A stretch of 34,781 nucleotides of DNA from NCBI GenBank assembly GCA_000934665.2, contig JYFJ02004108.1:1-34781 (forward strand), in the 5' to 3' direction. This DNA comes from Catajapyx aquilonaris (lineage: Eukaryota). Numbering within the stretch: the stretch's first letter is position 1; every line of letters begins with the position of its first letter. Positions 1 to 8,779 of this stretch are shown piece by piece. A model generated the notes under the pieces. The model ran no database searches, had not been told where the DNA came from, and was given only the letters and a program-made list of their open reading frames with translations. Both the position numbers and the translations under genes were made by a program.

Positions 1-322
1 GTTTATACATAGTCCGCAAGGATTTTAATATTATAGAAGAAACATGGAATATCCAACTTATTTTTATTAGCTCCTGCTCTTCATTCCACAATGGACTAGC
101 ATTTAGGTACATTCCTGTCAATATACTCCATCACACTCAATAAATACGAATTATTAACACACCAGAGCTTATCCTATCACTTTACCTCTCTCGGAAAAAT
201 GAGAGGAGAATAATATTTCAACAATACATTTAGTAACTCGTCAATCAAGAAAACTTAAAATATTCTTCACATTTATCCAGTAGGATATTCACAGTTCTTT
301 CACTGGCCTGGGGCATTATTGC

Positions 323-1842
323 TCACATGCCAAATGGAGCCACCCTCCACACTGCCACCCTGGCCCTCCCCTTCAATGCTACATCCATCCCCTTGTCCCA
401 CACCAGTTGTCGCACATCATGACTGGGCTGCTTCCTAATGTTGGCCAGCAACCATAAACTCTCCTGACACACATGCTGACACTCATGACCCAACAGCATG
501 TCCATCACTGATGTTGAATTAGGGTGGTACAGGAACTCCATAGCTGCCGATTCACTTCCCCAGCACCAGTTGGCCAGGCAACGGACAGATGGAGTTATCC
601 ACAGGACATCATCGGAAGACGACAGTAAACGTTGCAGGTGTGATGTAAGGTGAAAGATTAGGCGGTTTGACAAGAAGATTCCATCGCAGGTTTGGTGACC
701 AGAGAGGATTGACATCACCCAGTAAGATTCAGAAAGGGTTGGAGATATGACCAGTGGTATGAGTTGGCGGGAGAGTGAAGCAAGTTCTTCATCCCTATAC
801 GTAGGGAAAATTGGAACTTTTATGAGTCAGAATTTCTAGGATCATTGGCTCTATTTTAAGACCTAGCTTACAATATTGTACATACAAAAGTAAAAAGGCT
901 ATCAGTTGACAAGTAATGTCATCGAAGTAGCAGAGTTGGCAGAAGTCTCTCAAGATACTTTTGTTAATTGCAGTGTGTGACATTCTCCACAAACATTGTT
1001 AATCAAGACAACAGACAATCATACTGCATTCATTAAAAGCTTGCCTATAGATATTTAATTAGAAACTATTCCCCACAATTCTTACAACCTCATACTTAGA
1101 GTGTCAGTTGAATAATTTGATCACTTGTACTGGTACCTGACGTTGTGCATGTCGACCCTCACATAGTGATAGGTGGCATACAGTGCGGACTGGACTACAT
1201 TTTTATATGGTGATGATAGCAGCCCCATAAGGCTAACCAGCACATTTTGTGCTCTCAAGACCTGGCATACAGCTTCCCCACTGGCTGCCAGATTTCCAAT
1301 TGCCCAGCAACATGCATCCTGAGCAAGACAAAGGTCAGTGAGATTCAAAATGACATGAGAGAAAAACAACAGCAAATTAGTACCTGCAGGGAACTCCCTG
1401 AGTCCAAGCAAACCACAAGGTATGACGAGCACACTAAGGCAACATGTTTGGGAACATCCCCACTTCCGAGAGCAAGGTTGGTAACAATATTTGCAGCTTC
1501 CAACTGGGTGGCTGCATCACCAGCACTCAAAACAAATCCAATGGCTTCAATGACACCAGGTACATTGGCTACTGCATCTGAAAATCTCCCTCCCTGCGAG
1601 AGCCCTTCCTTCAAGTTCCTTAGTGTTGTAACACTGACTGGTTTTTCATCTTTGAGTATTGTGGCTAATCTCACCACATCTGAAACCGTGTAGGCCTTCA
1701 AAACACCAAACGCATTAGATTCCGGCCCAAATCTGAGACGACTAAGGATCTCATCTCTTCTGAGCTGACGGCCCTGGGACATCAAGGCACGGCGGTGTTG
1801 CCTGCTGTCGTAGTCCTCATTGCTGTCCCTGCTTGTAGACAT
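323..1842 (-). CDS. TMCO6: TMCO6-like importin-alpha-related armadillo-repeat protein, about 370 aa, 3 exons (1842-1384, 1318-1137, 794-323)
   Basis: IBB-like basic N-terminus (RQHRRALMSQGRQLRRDEILSRLR) and ARM-type segments QLEAANIVTNLA, CSSYLVVCL, CCWAIGNLAASGEAVCQVL, QESLWLLANI resembling TMCO6. GT-AG introns 1383-1319 (phase 0) and 1136-795 (phase 2) join into one open frame. An alternative in-frame ATG lies at 1887. Minus-strand AATAAA near 63-68. Confidence 0.8.
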
Positions 1843-2411
1843 CCTTATAGAGCATGTCAATTTCAAAAATTCGCCATGTTTCTTCATTCAGGTCCAAAAC
1901 TTTTCCTGCGACACAGATAAGGATGATTCACTGAATTACTCATCACAACAGCCCGAAACAAAAGGATACTGACATGGTATGCCCTAATTTGCCGCTCTGA
2001 ATTATAAATGTGGAGCTTTCCTTGCACATGGATACTGTCGCCTAGCTTAAATTCTTCAAACACCTGATCACTTTCCAATAGAATGCACTCGTTAAGTGCT
2101 TGGATCCCTTGCTGGTCACTCTCATTGCTTGCTTCCTCTGGCCTTTCAGCATGACCATTGGTGATGCCAGCCCCTTCAGCGGGCTGAGGTTCTTTGTGAA
2201 AGACGGTCACCGGGATGTGGCCAGTCCCGTCATCCACCACGTAGATCCCTTTGTCCCAGGCCTTCTGCTGGCTCACCACCACGCCCAGCACATCCACACG
2301 AGACCTGCACTTCCCATAGAACACGATGGAACTATCGTCCTGGCTCAGTGGACAGGCAACCAGGTCGCAGATCCACAGTTTGGTGTACACATGCTTCTTG
2401 CCTGCAGCCAT
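1817..2411 (-). CDS. STN1: CST complex subunit STN1 (OBFC1)-like, N-terminal OB fold only, 176 aa, 2 coding exons (2411-1970, 1905-1817)
   Basis: Motifs KLWICDL, RVDVLGVVV, YVVDDGTGHI and LGDSIHVQGKLHIYNSERQI match the STN1/RPA2-type OB fold. Removing intron 1969-1906 gives RKVLDLNEETWRIFEIDMLYKDVYKQGQQ*, matching the helix that follows the STN1 OB fold (human-like KVDDP..ARMLELPTIYRKVY). Confidence 0.85.
1906..1969 (-). other. U12-type (minor spliceosome) GT-AG intron of STN1, 64 nt
   Basis: 5' site A|GTATCCTTT is the exact RTATCCTTT consensus. Branch-like TCCTTATC at 1923-1916 lies about 12 nt before CAG|, with no strong polypyrimidine tract. Splicing here restores the STN1-like C-terminal helix. 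Confidence 0.85.
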
Positions 2412-2441
2412 TTGCAAGTGATGCTTCTACAAATCAAACTG

Positions 2442-2498
2442 CTGTCAGTCAAAATAAATATGACTCTGAGGGATCAATTATTTCCGCGAAATACTCAC
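2442..2498 (-). other. Probable 5'-UTR intron of STN1
   Basis: Donor GCG|GTGAGT at 2498 and acceptor TTTTGACTGACAG|CAG at 2442/2439. The 57-60 nt size is slightly below the other short introns in the window. Confidence 0.5.
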
Positions 2499-2729
2499 CG
2501 CATGATCCCACTTGCAAAATCCATCCAAATTAACAGCGATACTAACGATTACATAGCACGCAAATTAGTTCAATGTCCCCAACCGGTTCCTAATAATGAG
2601 AATATGCTGAATTCAATTTTAATATTAAGTATCTTAGCCTAAATTCTCTAAATTCCTCTAATCATCACCCTAACTAAATCATTAACACATAATGACATGA
2701 AGTTCTATTGGCAACTGAAGCTTATAACT

Positions 2730-2788
2730 TCGGCTCACAATTGGCTACATAAGAGCTCGGTGCTCAGACGTAGCCAATTGTGAGCCGA
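2730..2788. repeat. Perfect 19-bp inverted repeat (hairpin) upstream of STN1
   Basis: tcggctcacaattggctac (2730-2748) and gtagccaattgtgagccga (2770-2788) are exact reverse complements around a 21-nt spacer. Confidence 0.9.
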
Positions 2789-4035
2789 GTTTCTACTACT
2801 GGCTCAAATGGCGGAAATTTTTAACAATAACTTATTAATTAAACTGTATATCATGCAGTTTTGAGGCGGTTACGATTGCCACATTCAGTGTTACAAATAC
2901 GACATCCATTCTGTCAAGAGCTAATATATCATAGCAGGATGGAAAAGCCAGCATTAACAACAATAAACCACAGATAAAGCCCTACCTTTTCTCATGGCAC
3001 TGGAAAGGGAGTGCAAATCTGCCTTGGCACGTCTGGAGAGTGGTGACAACAAGAAGAAAACTCGACCTAGCAAAAATGACAGGGACAGGACGACCTAATA
3101 TATTGTTATCAACCAGTTTGTCCATATACCCCATCTCTCAAGATATGCAATGGCTGACAAGTCCGGAGTCTACTAAACAGCATGTTTCCACCCTGGTCAG
3201 CAAACACACACAGAAGGTGAACTAATGTCTGTAAAATCCATTTATCCGGAAAGAAAAGATACCACATGCAACAAGGGGTTACATTTTTGGTGGACACAGA
3301 CTACCAGACTCCTCGGACTACCCACGAATGTGTACATGGACTACCGAGCGGACTACCCTTAGTGAATAACCCCTTGACATGCAACAAAGGATGAGAAAAA
3401 GCACTCAAGGGGAGGTTCAAGGCAATATACGAGTAAGTCTCAGCCATCATTATTATTCTTGGAAACTATTTTCATGCTTTATTTCACTCATATTCAAAGT
3501 TGCATAAAGAATGATCTGCAAAATTACATGGGGATTAGCCAGCACTGATTAAAGATAGATGGTTCCTTTCTCTACTCTTTGTCTAGGGGTCTAGGGTCTA
3601 GACCATTGTGTCACCCCCACACTTACGTAGTGTGGGTGGAAGAACCCACTGGATGACTCCGTTTTATCATATGCGTAATAAAACTAAAATTAACATGAGA
3701 TTATCACCACAGTACAGTTAAAATCACCATGATCAATTAGAGTAACTTCATCTTGGATTATTATCACTTGAAGCTACAGTCCAAGACGTAGTACCACCCA
3801 AAATATGGCCAATGATTATTCATGAGGTTCAACTTGCTAGTTGCAGCACTTTTCATTACTTTCATCAGATATCCCAGTAATAATTATTCTAACAAAATTA
3901 TCCTCAATGTTGCCTTCATGACACTCACATGGCACTGTCAAACCTTCAATATAAACACCTTACAGACTAGCTGGTCACACACCAGTAAATAAATGATTTG
4001 TAATGATCATAGATTCTTGACAAGAAACTATCCGT

Positions 4036-6047
4036 TTAATAGCGTTCTCTTTGATAATGATCCCTCCTGGAGTCTGACCATCTGTCTCTATGTCTGTGAT
4101 GATCCCGGCTAGTGCTCCTTTTCCTGTTGGAGTCCCGAATATTGTCGTATCGACGATGGAATCCTCGCTCAGGTCTCTCAGGTCTTGATGTACTGTCATC
4201 ATTATTACTCTGGACTGTCTCGTTCTCCTCCTCCACTTCATCTCTCGTATCGCAGCTAGGCTCTCCCTTGGAGTCACTCACATCAAACAGAATCTGCATT
4301 TGGCTGTCTATCACTTCCTTCATGATCTGAAATGTCATATATTGGTAGATAATAATTATTACCATATACCTAAACACTGTAGAAAGCTGAAAAGTCAATC
4401 CTAACCTCAGTTTGAGACTTCCTGTTGGTGTGGACTTTCTTGCCCTTGTACGTAGCACGACGGCGCCTAGCATCTCTTTCAGCAGCTAGTTTTTCCATAA
4501 TATCCTTAGATTCTGGCTTGGTTTTATCACTGAAACATTTTCAACGCAAGGTTTTTGTGAAAGCTCCACTTTTACTTTTATTGATGTGATAGTGTTTGTC
4601 GTTAACCATGTAAGTATTCAGCCTTAGAATAGTACTGATGTTTCAGTGGGCAGCAACATCAACAATGTAACTACTGCAGGAGAGTGTGTTGTTGCAAATG
4701 TAATTTCCATCCCTCTATTACAGGTGGCTCATTTCTACCCCATAAAAATGACTAGACCAGGCTTCTTTTCAAAACCACTTTACCCAATGAAATTATTTCA
4801 AAAGCCACTTGCCCTTTTGGAAAAGAAAAAAAACCAATCAGCATTTTTAGGACACAAGATGCTGATTCAATTTTTTATCTTATTTTCGATCATTGCACTG
4901 ATGAGAACATACTTGTATTTATGCCACATGTGCAACTTATCATTATTATTTGTTTCCAAGGTATTCAAAATGCGTAATGTATTTAAAAGTTGCTGTATTA
5001 AGTAATTAGAAAAGAGTACCTATTGGAGATAGAAGAAAGCTCTTCGAACAAAAGACGCTTTTCCTCTGCAGCAGCTGCTGCAGTCTTCTCTACAGCATAA
5101 TCATACAATATTAGCCTCTCCTCCCTGCTGAACTGTGACTGAATCCGATTGGCCGTCTTCGGAACCAGATGCAAATCTGCAATAATAACGTCTTCAGTTT
5201 TTAAGCTACCTGGTTAACTCATTACAAGTGACTTTGAAAAGGATATTTCAAAAAGGATATATCTGCTACACGTCTGAGATGCTGAAAAAGCACAAATAGT
5301 TGGCATGACCCCTGTTTTTTCCAGATTTCGAGAGGCAGTACCCATTTACCTGCACTGTCTTCAGATCCACGCTGATGTGATAATAGAGCCACTTGAAGTG
5401 CTCCATCTGAAATGATGACCAATACATATTACAATGCATCTCAATCTTCTTGGAGCATTCTTATTTAGAACTGTGGCAATTTGTCTTTCACTACATTATA
5501 TTGAGAGCAGAATTGTGTGCTTTTGCATAGCTCCCAAGAGGCTAACTCTGGCGTATAACTTCCGCCTTCTAAAATCAAAGTCGACCGCAGAAGAGATTAT
5601 TACAAATTCAAAATTACATATGTAGGCAAATACCGGCACCTATTGTTATAGACTGAAATCCTGGAGTTTGCGAATTAAACAATCCAGCTGAGGGAAGCGG
5701 TACGTCCTTATCATTGTATCCTTCCCTCTTCCACGAGCATTGTTCCAGGTGCTTCCCCAGAGATTCTTTAGGGACCAGGTGGCCTTTATCCAGTGGGCAT
5801 GTGACAGTCAATAATGATGGTGGATCCTTTAAAAAATTTCACAACTTAAAATGGAGTCACCTGTATCATAAATTGCCAGAACATAACGTACCGTCAATAA
5901 GTGCTTCAAAAATAATACCTGATTGAAATCCCAACCGACTCCCCCTGCGACCCTCTTGAGCGTCTCCTCTGAAGTCTTGATGAACTCCCCCAGGTCTTCC
6001 ACGAGCTTCCTTCGCCTGGAAATCTCCTCAGGGCTTACCGTGGACAT
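4036..6047 (-). CDS. SNRNP48: U11/U12 snRNP 48 kDa protein, about 314 aa, 6 exons (6047-5919, 5826-5640, 5406-5350, 5176-5020, 4529-4406, 4326-4036)
   Basis: CHHC zinc finger (CPLDKGHLVPKESLGKHLEQC), then FSREERLILYDYAVEKT and LAAERDARRRRATYKGKKVHTNRKSQTEIMKEVIDSQM, and an RS/RD-rich tail, all characteristic of U11-48K. All introns are GT-AG and phase-consistent. The exon 2 donor could also be at 5633 (same phase). Confidence 0.92.
5238..5260 (-). promoter_or_regulatory. USSE-type element (tandem U12 5' splice-site motifs) in SNRNP48 intron 3
   Basis: ATATCCTTT-TTGAA-ATATCCTTT (5260-5252 and 5246-5238) lies inside a U2-type intron, 21 nt downstream of a cryptic acceptor TGCTTTTTCAG| (5282). 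Confidence 0.88.
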
Positions 6048-6854
6048 GCTGCACAACCTGCGAGTCCTGAACGCCTACGCCGTGGGAGCCGCCATCTTCG
6101 AATTACAACAGATGCGGAGTAGTACCAAGCTCGTCGATACCATACAGGGTAATTAATATGCAGGTGCGACAGGTGCGCACTTCCTCTGGGAAAACAATTT
6201 CTTTGGAATATTCTAAGGCGAAAATACTCTAGCTGATTTTGGCGATTTAGGTTCAGTTACGGAGATAATGGTAACACAAGTGTATCCTGTACGTCAGGCA
6301 ACCCATCAAGCAGGGTAGATTGGGGGTTGGCATAACCCGCAGGATCCCATCTGTATTTCTTCTACCGACATCAACTAGCACAATTTTGACTTAAAATACC
6401 TGAAGGCGCACCATGCACCAGGTGAATGATGGCAGGGTAAGTAACACCGTGAAACCACGGTAATGACATGGCAAGGTGCATTGCTCATCAATCTAAAAAA
6501 GCAAAAAGCTTTATCGCCAACATGGCATGTGCGCTTGTGCAGCGATACCGGCATTGAAAATTCAACCCTCGTTGCCACCTTTAACCTTCGCATCCCACAG
6601 TGACCTACCCTGACCTCAATTCCCCACTGTCACTCTCACCTCCTTATTCAACCCCCATGCCAAGTACGCACTATTAGTATTCAACCATTGCAACATTGAC
6701 CGTACAGTGTGTCACGACCTTGCGTACATGAGCAGGAAGACGCAGATTAGTGCGGGTTGGTGTGTATTTTGGACAGCTAGGGGTAGGCAAAAAGCGGAGG
6801 GTGCCTAGTGGAGCGTGAAGAAGGAAAAAGGGGCAAGTCCCGGCTGTTGGGCCA

Positions 6855-7075
6855 ATGGGGACCAACCATCAGGGTCTCCCAGAAGGCGCCACAAGGGGAG
6901 GAAACACCACCACCACCGCTCTTCCGACTCGGGGGGGACCCCTCTTCCCGCCTCGATGGTTTGTCCAACAACAGTACGCGCGCTCGCTCGAGTGTGGACG
7001 CACCTTCATGAGTGACCGGTCTGGGATTTGCAGTGGACACCGACGAATTTTTGGACAACTGTTGCGAGTGACAAG
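6855..7075 (+). other. Candidate alternative first exon of the coiled-coil/PDZ gene
   Basis: GC/CpG-rich segment divergent from SNRNP48. ORF from ATG 6855 (or 7008) ends at donor AAG|GTAGGA in phase 2, in frame with exon 13962. Confidence 0.4.
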
Positions 7076-7220
7076 GTAGGACACAAAGGTTTTGGTAGTA
7101 TCAAGGTAGCATCAAGTTCAAATGCAGTTTTCGGACTTTTCTCTCAATCAGTGGCATTTATAAGACATCGGTGTGCCTCAGTTCACTCAGAGGTATATGG
7201 AAGTGGTAGGTAGCCCGGAC

Positions 7221-7263
7221 TAACATACATGCATACAAACTTTCACGTTTATAAGTAGAGAGA
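7221..7263 (-). mobile_element. Possible 5' end remnant of a non-autonomous Helitron-like element
   Basis: Minus strand reads A|TCTCTCTACTTATAAACGTGAAAGTTTGTATGCATGTATGT, resembling arthropod Helitron 5' termini (TC..TATAAA..GAAAG followed by a GTTT/GTAT microsatellite). No 3' hairpin/CTRR end was found. Confidence 0.3.
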
Positions 7264-8705
7264 TAGACCGGATTTACTGCTTTGCCCTATATTCCCAAAA
7301 TAACCGGTACCTTATGGTGTTTAGCAGTTTTATATCGTGACATTCGGTGATCGTGTGGCACAGTTGCCCATATGTTCATGGCATATCCAGCCAACAAAAG
7401 TGGATGACCATTTAAAATATTGCGAGGAAGGGGAATGTGCAAAAAACTCCTTTCATACTTGTGTTGAAAGGGTGTCGTTCTCTCACCGGTTAGAATTAGC
7501 ATTTCAAATCAAGGCTGCTGCTGTCACACCCGAAAACTATCTCAATAGAACCTGCTGCTGGTTGACAGACACTTGCAAACGGCTTACAACAAAACCAGCA
7601 CCCGCTTTTCTACAGCCACATTTGCTTTTTGTTCCAACTTCTCATCTTGAAGAGGCAGGATTCTTCTGGACCCCAGGAGGAATAGACCAGCGACCTCACT
7701 TCTTCCAAACTGGATTTGCCCTGGGCCACTGTCCCTTTCTGAACAATTTTTTGTTGACCTCAGCGATCAGTAACTCTCAACAGCCCCGGTTGGTTCATAG
7801 CTCCCGGGTCATGCACTTCTTCGGGTTGAAACCCTTGGGAAGAAGAAGAAGAAGAAAAAAATCCAAAAGAGGGTTGGAAGTTGCTGCATTCTTTTTGTCT
7901 TAACGTCCTTGAGAAACTTCTTATTTATAAAGACGCCCTTCCTATGTTGAGGCCCTCAGGTTATCCGCTCTTGGGTGTTAATGGCCTTCGAATATCTTCT
8001 GGTGGTTCCTACTTTGTGTTAGGTGCATAGAATCAAATGGAACTGGACAGTGGGAAGCCTTGGATAGAACCAAGGGCAGACAAGGCCAGGGTTCCACGTG
8101 TGTGAAACTTGCTTCTGGATCGTCGTGGGAACATCAAGCTTCTAAAAGCGCCATCGGCCATCTTTTTATCTGACCTCTCAGTTTCCGTTCCGACGCACAC
8201 CTGCCCCATTATTACAGTACCAAATGGGCCTGCTTTTTCCTCGCTGTCATGATAAACGTTGCCACCATAAATGCCCTGGATCCCCCATGTTTTTTTAAAT
8301 GGGATTCTAACAATTCAAGGCTGATACGATCGCAATTGTGACAAAACTGGTTGCATCATTTTGGCAGGGAATTGATACACTTTCGCCCCCTTATTGTTGA
8401 GGCGAATTAATTTTTGAAGAAGAATCTTTCGGGTTGGGTGAATGTGATGGTGGCACTTTTTCTTTCACCTACTTTCTGCCTGGATGATGTGCTAAAAATG
8501 AAGGAGTCGTGCGGTATGCTGTTTTGATAAGGCAGAGTAAGAGGGTTTGTTTTAACACCTCTGTCGAAAGAGGTTGATAAATACTTCATGCAATGCTTAT
8601 TAGCATCTAATGGTAAGGAAGTGGTAGGAAAAATGTTTTGTAACACACTTGCAGCAATTACGCTGTACTACCGATGATCCGGGTGCGGATAATGGGGAGT
8701 GCAGT

Positions 8706-8706
<1 letters not shown>

Positions 8707-8778
<72 letters not shown>
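8707..8778. repeat. (TAT)24 microsatellite
   Basis: Perfect trinucleotide run seen directly. Confidence 0.98.

Positions 8779-8779
<1 letters not shown>

Noticed and set aside
1247..2642. Plus-strand ORFs of 148 and 180 aa
   Set aside because: Antisense shadows of TMCO6 and STN1 exons with no recognisable motifs.
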